Positions 9,647 through 18,450 of a stretch of 64,000 bases of DNA are shown in pieces. Source of the stretch: a bacterium (GTDB lineage: Bacteria > Patescibacteriota > Minisyncoccia > Phycocordibacterales > UBA9973). Both the position numbers and the translations under genes were made by a program. The notes beneath the pieces were generated by a model that did not search any database, had not been told where the DNA came from, and saw only the letters and a program-made list of their open reading frames with translations. Where the stretch lies: the NCBI GenBank assembly GCA_021824345.1, contig JAKAKW010000012.1, forward strand, positions 1,491 through 65,490, in the 5' to 3' direction. Numbering within the stretch: position 1 is the stretch's first letter; each line of letters opens with the position of its first letter.

Positions 9647-10564
9647 ATGATCAAATTCATAAGAATCACAAAGGCGGGATTTTTGAACTTCAAGCGGAGC
9701 GGCACTCTTTCCACGGCCGGGGTGCTGATGATGATAATCACTCTTTCCGTGATCGCCTCCATAATACTTCTTCAAGCTGCCCTGAACTTTTCCTTGAATC
9801 AGATCAAGGACAAAGTGGACGTGACCATATACTTTAACGCGGGCTCTCCGGAAGACAAGATTCTTTCCATCAAGGATTCTCTCCTGGCTCTTCCGGAAGT
9901 GCAGTCGGTGGCATACACCAGTGCCGACGAGGCTCTGGCTGAATTCCGGGCCAGGCACGTGGGAGACTACGCCACCATCGCCGCCTTGAACGAAGTTAAT
10001 TTGAATCCTTTGGGCGCTTACCTGGACGTAAAAGCCAAAGACCTTCCGCAATATGAAAGCATTGCCAAGCTTCTTTCCTCTGGCAATTTTCTTTCTTCGG
10101 ATTCCAGTTCTATCATTGATAAGATAAACTACAACGACAATAAATCCATTATTGACAAGCTGAATTCCATCATCGGCGGCGCGGAGCGCCTGGGCCTGCT
10201 TATCACCCTGATTCTCATAATCATTTCCATAATCATAACTTTCAATACTATCCGGCTTGCCATTTTCACCTCTCGCGAAGAGATAGGAGTGATGCGCCTA
10301 GTGGGAGCGAACAACCTTACCATTCGCGGACCCTTTATGGTGGAAGGGATCATCTACGGGCTTCTTTCCACCATTCTTACTCTTGCCATTTTCTTTCCGA
10401 TCACCGGCTGGCTGGGCGCAAACATGACCGGCTTCCTCGGGCTGAATCTGAACGACTATTACACCGCAAACTTCTTCCAGATCCTGGTTATCCTGCTTCT
10501 TTCCGGCGCGGCCCTGGGAATCATTTCCAGTTTTTTGGCGACCAGAAAATATTTGAAAAAGTGA
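9647..10564 (+). CDS. ftsX: Cell division permease FtsX
   Basis: 4 TM topology, NTIRLAIFTSREEIGVMRLVGA...IRGPFMVEG. Confidence 0.92.
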   Translation: MIKFIRITKAGFLNFKRSGTLSTAGVLMMIITLSVIASIILLQAALNFSLNQIKDKVDVTIYFNAGSPEDKILSIKDSLLALPEVQSVAYTSADEALAEFRARHVGDYATIAALNEVNLNPLGAYLDVKAKDLPQYESIAKLLSSGNFLSSDSSSIIDKINYNDNKSIIDKLNSIIGGAERLGLLITLILIIISIIITFNTIRLAIFTSREEIGVMRLVGANNLTIRGPFMVEGIIYGLLSTILTLAIFFPITGWLGANMTGFLGLNLNDYYTANFFQILVILLLSGAALGIISSFLATRKYLKK

Positions 10565-10614
10565 TCTTTGGTTTTAATTATCAGCCGGGCGCAAGTAGTT
10601 TTAAAAAATAAATC

Positions 10615-12267
10615 ATGTCCAAGAAAGCAACAAAATACATATTTGTGGTGGGGGGAGTCATGTCGGGGGTCGGAAAAGGAGTGGCTGCGGCTTCCATCGG
10701 GAAGATATTGCAGTCGAGAGGAATGAAAGTAACGGCTTTGAAGATCGATCCTTATGTGAACGTGGATGCCGGCACCATGAATCCCACCGAACACGGAGAA
10801 GTGTTCGTCCTGGACGACGGCACCGAATGCGATCAGGACATGGGCAACTACGAGCGCTTTCTTGACCGAGACTTGTCCCGTACCAATTACATGACTACGG
10901 GCAGCATTTATCTTTCACTCATTCAAAAAGAACGTAATCTGGAATTCAAAGGAAGGTGCGTAGAAGTGGTTCCGGATGTCCCGCTGGAGGTTTTACATCG
11001 GGTAGACAAAGCGGTGGAAAAAAGCAACGCGGATATAGCCATTATAGAGATAGGAGGCACGGCAGGAGAATATCAGAACATTCTTTTCTTGGAGGCGGCG
11101 CGGATTTTAAAGGTTAAAAATCCTAAAGATGTGCTTCTGGTACTGGTAAGTCATATTCTCACTTTGGGGGCTGGAGGAAATGAACTTAAAACGAAACCCA
11201 CTCAGTATGCCGCTCATACTTTAAACTCTGCCGGTCTGCAAGCGGACATGATCCTTTCTCGCGCTTCGGTTCCCATTGATGAAAAAAGGAAGGAAAAACT
11301 GGCTTTTGTCTGTGGCTTGGCCTCCAAAGAAGATGTTATATCGGCTCCAAATGTGAAAAATATATACCAAGTGCCTGTAAATTTTGAAAATGACGGAATA
11401 GCGGATCGAATTTTTAAAAAATTGGAAATTACTCCAAGGAAGCGCGACATGAAAGAATGGCGGGCAATGGTAAATAAGATGAACAACGCTGTGAAGCCTG
11501 TGCGGATAGGAGTAGTTGGAAAGTATTTTAATACTGGAGAATTCGTGCTTGAGGACTCATATATATCCGTGCTTGAATCCATCAAGCACGCCGCCGGATA
11601 CTTAAACCTCTCGCCTAAGATTGAGTGGTTAGATTCCAGTGTCTATGAAAAAAATCCTGCTTCCTTGAAAGAGCTCAAAAAATACGACGGCATTATTGTT
11701 CCCGGAGGCTTCGGCAGCCGGGGGATAGAGGGAAAGATAAAAACGGCGGAGTACTGCCGGAAGAACAAGATTCCGTACTTCGGGCTTTGCTACGGCATGC
11801 AGATTGCGGTCATTGAATATGCCCGGAACGTTCTCGGATTGAAGGACGCCCATACGGCGGAAATAGACGGAAAAACAAAACACCCCGTGATAGACATCAT
11901 GCCGGAACAGAAAAAGAATTTGAAAGAAAAAAACTACGGCGCCACCATGCGGCTCGGCGCGTATCCCGCGAATCTTAAAGCGGGAAGCATCGCCGGAAAA
12001 GCATACGGGGTTTCAAGCATTTCCGAAAGGCACCGCCATCGCTATGAAGTGAACCCGGAATACGTTGAACGGATAGAGAAAGGAGGATTGAATTTTTCCG
12101 GAAGGTCCCCGAACGGCAGACTGATGGAAATCGCCGAATTGCCGAAGAGCGCGCATCCTTTCTATCTGGGCACCCAGTTTCATCCCGAGTTGAAATCTCG
12201 CCCGCTTCATCCTCATCCGCTTTTCAAAGAGTTTTTGAAGGCGGCCTCGGCAAGGAAGCATAAATAA
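10615..12267 (+). CDS. pyrG: CTP synthase
   Basis: GGVMSGVGKG, KIDPYVNVDAGTMNPTEHGEVFV, KTKPTQ, GLCYGMQ, ERHRHRYE, QFHPE. Confidence 0.97.
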   Translation: MSKKATKYIFVVGGVMSGVGKGVAAASIGKILQSRGMKVTALKIDPYVNVDAGTMNPTEHGEVFVLDDGTECDQDMGNYERFLDRDLSRTNYMTTGSIYLSLIQKERNLEFKGRCVEVVPDVPLEVLHRVDKAVEKSNADIAIIEIGGTAGEYQNILFLEAARILKVKNPKDVLLVLVSHILTLGAGGNELKTKPTQYAAHTLNSAGLQADMILSRASVPIDEKRKEKLAFVCGLASKEDVISAPNVKNIYQVPVNFENDGIADRIFKKLEITPRKRDMKEWRAMVNKMNNAVKPVRIGVVGKYFNTGEFVLEDSYISVLESIKHAAGYLNLSPKIEWLDSSVYEKNPASLKELKKYDGIIVPGGFGSRGIEGKIKTAEYCRKNKIPYFGLCYGMQIAVIEYARNVLGLKDAHTAEIDGKTKHPVIDIMPEQKKNLKEKNYGATMRLGAYPANLKAGSIAGKAYGVSSISERHRHRYEVNPEYVERIEKGGLNFSGRSPNGRLMEIAELPKSAHPFYLGTQFHPELKSRPLHPHPLFKEFLKAASARKHK

Positions 12268-12419
12268 GAAGAAAGTGGGAGAAGTGGGAGGCAAGGCCTC
12301 CCACTTTGCCCCTCCGGCTGGTTGCGCGGATTTTTGTTTGCTGATATTATGGGCGCAAGATCCTCCTGAAGGACAAAAGGTCGAAGCCAGTTTTGCGGAA
12401 ACATTTCCGCTTAAATTCC

Positions 12420-12536
12420 ATGAATAAACTGATGGAGGAGATTCTCAAGAATAAAAACATCCGCAACAGGGAGAAGCTGGAGCTTCTCGCCGGAAGCGAG
12501 ATGAGCGCCGGCTCTCCTTGGGCCGGGGAAGAGTAG
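12420..12536 (+). CDS. 38-aa small peptide, candidate ComX-like precursor (MNKLMEEILKNKNIRNREKLELLAGSEMSAGSPWAGEE)
   Basis: Translated by hand (below ORF-track cutoff). Amphipathic helical leader plus a Gly/Ser core with a single Trp five residues from the C-terminus; followed by a strong terminator. Confidence 0.7.
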   Translation: MNKLMEEILKNKNIRNREKLELLAGSEMSAGSPWAGEE

Positions 12537-12541
12537 GGAGG

Positions 12542-12580
12542 GCGGGCCGTCCCGGCGTCAATCGGGACGGCCCGCTTTTT
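12542..12580 (+). terminator. Intrinsic terminator between peptide gene and kinase
   Basis: 13-bp perfect stem GCGGGCCGTCCCG/CGGGACGGCCCGC, 8-nt loop, T5 tail. Confidence 0.85.
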
Positions 12581-12600
12581 CGGTTTTGCCTGCAAAAAAG

Positions 12601-14025
12601 ATGAAACTGCTGGTCTCGCTAAAAAATGCCGTAAAAAAATTCATTGCGCCGGTCTCAGACGACGAGGACAAGCGCAGGGGAGAGTTCATATTGCACGTAT
12701 TGCTCCTTTCTTCCATGGCCTTGTTTGTGGCGGCGATCGCCATAAGCATTTTCGCCGCCGTTTCCCGCCCGATTGCTTCCAGGGAAAATTCCATTTCCGT
12801 TTTCATCCTGATCGGAGCTCTCGGCTTGCTTTGCCTCTTGTATTTCTTGTCCCGCCGGGGGCATTTTCTTCTTTCCGCGCGCATTTTCATCTCCATTTTC
12901 TTTTTGCTTTCATTGTATATGAGCGTGAAATGGGGCGTGGACGTGAACGCTTCCATCCTGCTTTACGCTCTTTCCGTGGTTATGGCGGGGGTGCTTCTGG
13001 GGGAGCGATCCGCCTTTGTCCTTACCGGCCTTATCGCTCTTTCCATGGTCGGAGTGGGGTATCTGGAAAAAGCCGGGAGCATCGCCGTAAACTCATATTG
13101 GCGCACTGAACCGTGGCAAGACAGCGATACAATAATGACCGCTATAGTATTTTTTACAGTGGCGGGAGTGTCCTGGCTTTTTGGCAGGGAAATAGAAAAA
13201 TCCTTGGCTCGGGCGCGCCAATCGGAAAAATTGCTCAAGGAAGAGAGAGACGCGCTGGAAATCACGGTAGAGAAGCGCACCAAAGAACTGCGCGAAACAC
13301 AGGCGGAGAAAGTATCCCAGCTTTACCGGTTTGCGGAATTCGGCCGGCTGTCTTCCGGGTTTTTCCATGATCTGATGAATCCCCTTCAGGCGGTGTCTTT
13401 ATACGTGGAGAAAGCCAAAGGAGAAAATGGGGAAAAAGAAAATATGCGTAAAACCAGACAAAATCTTGAACAGGCGTTTCAGGCGGCCAAGAAAATGGAA
13501 AATTTCATAAAAGCGGTGCGCAAGCAGATGGCCGACAAAGCGGAGGAAAAAGTTTTTTCTCTCCGGGATGAAACGAAGCAAGCGATCGATTTTCTGTCAT
13601 ACAAAGCGAGAGCGGCGGGAACGGAAATTGAATTCTTTTCCGCCGGCGGTTTCCCGGTCTTCGGCGAAGAGATGAAATGGAGCCAAGTGGCTCTGAACCT
13701 GATTTCAAACGCTATTGAATCCGGCGAAGAAGCGGCCAAGGCCGGACGTTCTCCGGGCAAAATACGCGTCGCCATAAAACAGAAAGGGGAAGATATTGTA
13801 TTTTCGGTGGAAGATCAGGGAATCGGCATTCCTCCCGAAAATATAAAAAAGATTTTTGATCCTTTTTGGAGCACAAAGACAGATCGGGAGATGAAAGGAA
13901 TCGGCCTGGGCTTGTCTTTGACCAAAAACATAGTGGAGAAAAATTTTAAGGGAGAAATTTCGGTCGTTTCGGGCGGAGGGAAAACGGTTTTTTCCGTCAG
14001 CCTGCGCGCCGGCAAGAATCAATAA
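12601..14025 (+). CDS. Membrane-bound sensor histidine kinase
   Basis: Multiple N-terminal TM helices; H-box GFFHDLMNPL, N-box LNLISNAIE, G-boxes DQGIGI and GIGLGLSL. Confidence 0.93.
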   Translation: MKLLVSLKNAVKKFIAPVSDDEDKRRGEFILHVLLLSSMALFVAAIAISIFAAVSRPIASRENSISVFILIGALGLLCLLYFLSRRGHFLLSARIFISIFFLLSLYMSVKWGVDVNASILLYALSVVMAGVLLGERSAFVLTGLIALSMVGVGYLEKAGSIAVNSYWRTEPWQDSDTIMTAIVFFTVAGVSWLFGREIEKSLARARQSEKLLKEERDALEITVEKRTKELRETQAEKVSQLYRFAEFGRLSSGFFHDLMNPLQAVSLYVEKAKGENGEKENMRKTRQNLEQAFQAAKKMENFIKAVRKQMADKAEEKVFSLRDETKQAIDFLSYKARAAGTEIEFFSAGGFPVFGEEMKWSQVALNLISNAIESGEEAAKAGRSPGKIRVAIKQKGEDIVFSVEDQGIGIPPENIKKIFDPFWSTKTDREMKGIGLGLSLTKNIVEKNFKGEISVVSGGGKTVFSVSLRAGKNQ

Positions 14026-14081
14026 AAATATTTTTCGGGCGCGAGGCTGGATTTTCCGCCTGAAGCGTCCGCTCTATTATT

Positions 14082-15497
14082 ATGAAAAAAGAAATAAAGG
14101 AATTATTGAATAAGCATGACGCCGAGTGGCGTTTTCCGGGAAGCGTGCTGGAAAATTTTCGCGCGCTTTCCGCTATAGCGAAATACGACAAGAGCCTGCT
14201 TTCCGGCGGGGCTCTCGGAAAAATAATCGCCGGATTAGTCGAAATAGAAAAGGAACCCGGAGGCCCGTACTATTCCCAATTTTCCCAAATAGGCTTGAAA
14301 ACAAAGGGTAGAATTGATGCAGAGACCAACAGGGCAATCGCTGAGTTTCTCGCCTTGTATGATGTTTTTTTGCCGAACTTGGCCGAGTACGTGAAGGAAA
14401 AAAAATTCAGCTCGCTGCCTTCGGAAATAAATACGGCAAAGAAAGGCCGGCCGCCCCGGTCCGGCGCCGGAATCCGGACGGGGCGGCCGGAAATCTCCGC
14501 GGAAGAAAAGAAAACAATGTCCGGCATCCGCTTCCTTCTTGAAAAGAGGCTTTCTTCCGTTCCGGCTTCATTGCGCGCTCCCGCCAGGCGCGCCTTTTGG
14601 AAAACCGTTCGCGGAAATCCGGACAAGCAGATGCCGCTCATAGGATATTTTATGAAAGAATCGCTTGGAAAGAGCGGAAAGAAAGCGCCGGCAAGGCTGG
14701 CGGAAGAAATCGGCCTCCTGAATTCTTTTTTCTGGAGCGCCTTCATAATATACGACGATTTTTGGGACAAGGACGAAGCGGCGGATCCGGTGCTTCTGCC
14801 GGTAGCGAATATGTTTTCCCGCGCACATGCGGAATTTTTTCGCCATCCGCCGTGTCTTTCGGGCGCTAAGGAAAAATCGGAATATGGAAAATTCTTTTCA
14901 AGGGTAATGAACGAATTGGACGCCGCGAACTGCTGGGAGCTAGAGCGGTGCAGGGCGCGAGTTTCCGCCGGCGTATTCCATATTCCCGAGCATCTTCCGC
15001 CGTATGGAGACTATTCCAAAAAATACGAGCCCGCTTCCGGGCATATTCTCGGACCGATTCTTCTGTTGGCCCTTTCGGGCCGAAAAGTTTTCGGCGAGGA
15101 GGCGCGCAATCTTGAACTGTGCTTCAAGCATTTGCTCATTGCCATGCAATTGTTGGACGATATGCACGACCTGGAAGAGGATATGAAAAGGGGGCACATA
15201 AGCACGGCCGCCGCCGCGCTTCTTCAAGAACTTCCGCCCGAGAAAAAAGAAATCAATCTTAAAAAAGAGATGCCGGAACTGAAAAGAATTTTTTGGTTCT
15301 CGGTTGTGCCAAAACTTTCCAAGGAGGCCGTTGCCCGCTGCCGGAGGGCTCGCCGAGCCCTTATGGCAATCCGGGCGATAGAAAACCCGGTTTTCCTGGA
15401 AAAGCTAATATTTGCAAGGGAAAAAGCGGCCCGGGAGGCTCTTGTCCTCTGCGCGGATTCTGCCGCATTTATAAAATCCTGCCGAAGCCAGTCCTGA
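14082..15497 (+). CDS. Class I isoprenoid synthase-fold enzyme (polyprenyl transferase / ComQ-like) with extra N-terminal domain
   Basis: Two Asp-rich motifs, IIYDDFWDKD and MQLLDDMHDLEED, with trans-prenyltransferase spacing. Confidence 0.7.
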   Translation: MKKEIKELLNKHDAEWRFPGSVLENFRALSAIAKYDKSLLSGGALGKIIAGLVEIEKEPGGPYYSQFSQIGLKTKGRIDAETNRAIAEFLALYDVFLPNLAEYVKEKKFSSLPSEINTAKKGRPPRSGAGIRTGRPEISAEEKKTMSGIRFLLEKRLSSVPASLRAPARRAFWKTVRGNPDKQMPLIGYFMKESLGKSGKKAPARLAEEIGLLNSFFWSAFIIYDDFWDKDEAADPVLLPVANMFSRAHAEFFRHPPCLSGAKEKSEYGKFFSRVMNELDAANCWELERCRARVSAGVFHIPEHLPPYGDYSKKYEPASGHILGPILLLALSGRKVFGEEARNLELCFKHLLIAMQLLDDMHDLEEDMKRGHISTAAAALLQELPPEKKEINLKKEMPELKRIFWFSVVPKLSKEAVARCRRARRALMAIRAIENPVFLEKLIFAREKAAREALVLCADSAAFIKSCRSQS

Positions 15498-15559
15498 TTT
15501 TATATTTTCTTTATCCAGTCTTTATAAAAATTTTATGTCGGAAGAATATAGTAGCCGGC

Positions 15560-15730
15560 ATGAACAGGGAATTGAAAGAGTATCGCTGTGCCTGTGGAAA
15601 GCTCTTGTTCAAGGGCGCCTTGTTCTCGGGCACGGTTGAAATAAAGTGCCGGCATTGCCGGGAAATCGCTTCCTTTTTGGGCAAATTCGAGCATTCGGGC
15701 AACAAAATCCTGCCCGCCATGGCAAACTAG
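15560..15730 (+). CDS. Mu Com-like zinc-ribbon protein (56 aa)
   Basis: EYRCACGKLLFKG...VEIKCRHCRE zinc-ribbon pattern typical of the Com family. Confidence 0.75.
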   Translation: MNRELKEYRCACGKLLFKGALFSGTVEIKCRHCREIASFLGKFEHSGNKILPAMAN

Positions 15731-15778
15731 CCGTACGCAACCCTTCGCGCTTTCTAAGACGCATTTATGCCTGCGCGG

Positions 15779-16444
15779 TCAGGAAATTTTATATCCGGCG
15801 CGAGCCACCGTGGATATAATGTTTCCCGCTCCGCGCGATTTCAGCTTTTTGCGCAAATTTGATACGTGCATTTCCACCGTGTTGGTGAAAGGATCTGCGT
15901 TCATGTCCCAGACATGTTCCAATATTTCCATTCTGGAAACCGTCTTCCCGCGATTTTCCAAGAGGTATCTTAGCAATTCAAATTCTTTGGGCGAACATGA
16001 AATTTCTTTCTTTCGAAAAAATACCGTTCGGTTTCTGGCATTTAAGGAAAGCCCTTCCGTTTCCATGATTTCTTCCCGGAGCGGTTCCGGCCGGCGCAGA
16101 AGAGCGCGCAGGCGGGCCAGGAATTCCGCGAAAGAAAAAGGCTTTTCCATATAGTCATCCGCTCCGGCTTCCATTCCGCGAATTTTTGTGTCCGCGTCTC
16201 CGTTGACCGAGAGCAGCATTATCCGGAACTTTTTTCCGCGCTTTCTCGTTTCGGCGCATATTTCCAAACCGGTTTTCCCGGGCATGACGTTGTCCAAAAC
16301 CAGGGCGTCATAAGTTCCCGCCAAAGCCTTTTTCATTCCTTCCGTTCCGTCGGAGGCGATATCAACCGAAAAACCCTCCTCCTTCAAAGCATCTTCGAGG
16401 AAAAAGCGGGTTTCTTCATTGTCTTCAACTAGCAGTATTTTCAT
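15779..16444 (-). CDS. OmpR/PhoB-family response regulator
   Basis: MKILLVEDN, LVLDNVMPG, GADDYMEKPF, winged helix TNTVEMHVSNLRKKL; start overlaps the eno 3' end. Confidence 0.95.
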   Translation of the reverse strand: MKILLVEDNEETRFFLEDALKEEGFSVDIASDGTEGMKKALAGTYDALVLDNVMPGKTGLEICAETRKRGKKFRIMLLSVNGDADTKIRGMEAGADDYMEKPFSFAEFLARLRALLRRPEPLREEIMETEGLSLNARNRTVFFRKKEISCSPKEFELLRYLLENRGKTVSRMEILEHVWDMNADPFTNTVEMHVSNLRKKLKSRGAGNIISTVARAGYKIS

Positions 16445-17702
16445 CCGATTTTCCGCCGCTTGAAAGCAGGTCTTCTATTTCCAAAAGCCGGTTGTATTTG
16501 GCTACCCTTTCCGCTCGGGCAAGGGAGCCGGATTTCAAGTATTCCGCGGAAACTCCCACCGCCAGATCCGCAATGAAAGAATCCGGAGTGTCTCCCGACC
16601 TGTGCGACACTATCACCGTCCAGCCCGCGTCCTTGGCTGTGCGTACGGCCTCTAGCGCCTCGGAAAGGGTTCCGATCTGGTTCGGCTTGATAATTACGGC
16701 GTTGATTGTCTCTTTTTTCTCAGCTTCCATAATTCTGGACGGGTTGGTAACGGTAAGATCGTCCCCGACCACTTTTATTCTGCTTCCCAGGCGCCTGGTC
16801 ATTTCCGCAAAACCGTCCCAATCGTCTTCATCCATTCCGTCTTCTATGGACAGCAGGGGATGCTCTCCGCACAATTTTTCATACCAGCTTATCAGTCCGG
16901 CGCTGTCCGTCTCCGTTTCCCGGCCGGAAATTTTCAGCCGGTACTTTCCATCTTTGTAGAAGGTGGAAGCGGCAGCGTCCAGACTGATTTTGATTTTCTC
17001 TTTGTAGCCCGATTCCGCGATGGATTTTTCCAAAAGATCGATCGCTTCCTCGTTGCCCGGCAATTTCGGCGCGAAGCCGCCTTCGTCTCCGAGCGATACC
17101 GCATACCCCGATTGCTCCAAGAAGCCCTTCAGTATTTTTATGGTTTCTTCTCCCGCCCGGATTTTTTCACGCACAGAGCTGAAATTTTCCGGTACCAGCA
17201 TAAATTCTTGTATATCCAATCCGCTGTCCGCGTGTTTCCCTCCGTTAATTACATTGAGCATGGGGGTGGGCAGGGAGAAGCGGTCGTTGCCGTATAGTTT
17301 TCCGATGTATCGGAAAAGCTCCGTTCCCGCCGCCAAAGCGGAAGCGCGGGCGAAGGAAAGAGAAACGCCCAGCAAGGCATTGGCTCCCAGGCGGGATTTG
17401 TTTTTCGTGCCGTCCAGCTCGTTGAGCGCTCGGTCCAGCGCGTTCTGTTCGAATTCTTTTCCCGCCAGGAGATTGCGAATTTCTTCGTTTACGTTTGCCG
17501 CCGCCTCCAGCACTCCTTTCCCGCCGTATCTTTTCGGATCTTTGTCGCGCAGTTCCAAAGCCTCATATTTGCCGGTGCTGGCTCCGGACGGAACCTCCGC
17601 CGCGGCGGAAGTTCCGTCATATAGCTCGCAATACACCCGCAAGGTGGGATTTCCCCGCGAGTCCAGTATTTCCATCGCTCTTAAATCCTTCACTTTCGGC
17701 AT
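16425..17702 (-). CDS. eno: Enolase
   Basis: EILDSRGNPT, VPSGASTG, GDEGGFAP, VGDDLTVTN, SHRSG, KYNRLLEIE. Confidence 0.97.
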   Translation of the reverse strand: MPKVKDLRAMEILDSRGNPTLRVYCELYDGTSAAAEVPSGASTGKYEALELRDKDPKRYGGKGVLEAAANVNEEIRNLLAGKEFEQNALDRALNELDGTKNKSRLGANALLGVSLSFARASALAAGTELFRYIGKLYGNDRFSLPTPMLNVINGGKHADSGLDIQEFMLVPENFSSVREKIRAGEETIKILKGFLEQSGYAVSLGDEGGFAPKLPGNEEAIDLLEKSIAESGYKEKIKISLDAAASTFYKDGKYRLKISGRETETDSAGLISWYEKLCGEHPLLSIEDGMDEDDWDGFAEMTRRLGSRIKVVGDDLTVTNPSRIMEAEKKETINAVIIKPNQIGTLSEALEAVRTAKDAGWTVIVSHRSGDTPDSFIADLAVGVSAEYLKSGSLARAERVAKYNRLLEIEDLLSSGGKSDENTAS

Positions 17703-17786
17703 AACGGGATATTATATCATGAAAACATAAGGCATGGCGGAGGGGGAGGACGGAGGGTAACCCTCCGTCCCGGATCACGAGCATCC

Positions 17787-18419
17787 TCAAGCCGGAACGC
17801 TTGATTCCACTTTCATTGTTTCTTTCTTGATCATGCGCCCGGCATCGTCCAAGTCGTAGATGACGATCGCTCCGAAAGGAAATTCCACGTTTGCGATGTT
17901 TTCATCCGAAATGTTTTCAATATATTTCAGCAAGACGCGCAGTGAATTGCCGTGAGCCACCAAAAGAACGCTTTCTCCCTCGGCCACGCGGGGGAGTATC
18001 GTATCAAGAAAATACGGAACGGATCGTTCGTATACCTGCTTCAAGGTTTCTCCTCCGGGTATGGGGCAATTCCAGCCTCGGCGCACTTCCTTGAATTTTT
18101 TTTCACCGAGCAATTCTTCCATTTCCCATTTGTTTTTGCCGGTGTATTCTCCGTAATCCCGCTCGTTCAAGGCAAGGGCTTGCGCGACAGGCACATTGCG
18201 CGATTCTCGTACGGAGAGCATGGCGGACAAACTTTCTATCGCCCGCTTCTGGCCGGAAGAAAAAGCGCGGTCGATTTTTGCGCCGTCCAAAAGTTTGCCC
18301 ATCTCTTTTGATTTTTGCAGTCCGTATTCGGTGAGTGAAACGTCGCGGATTCCGGTCCAGCGGCCAAGCTGGTTCCATTGAGATTCGTGATGTCTGGCCA
18401 ATATTAACTTTCCGTCCAT
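17787..18419 (-). CDS. gpmA: 2,3-bisphosphoglycerate-dependent phosphoglycerate mutase
   Basis: LARHHESQWN, LNERDYG, AHGNSLR. Confidence 0.9.
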   Translation of the reverse strand: MDGKLILARHHESQWNQLGRWTGIRDVSLTEYGLQKSKEMGKLLDGAKIDRAFSSGQKRAIESLSAMLSVRESRNVPVAQALALNERDYGEYTGKNKWEMEELLGEKKFKEVRRGWNCPIPGGETLKQVYERSVPYFLDTILPRVAEGESVLLVAHGNSLRVLLKYIENISDENIANVEFPFGAIVIYDLDDAGRMIKKETMKVESSVPA

Positions 18420-18450
18420 GTTATATTTGCCGGTTGCCCGCTTGGGCGCG

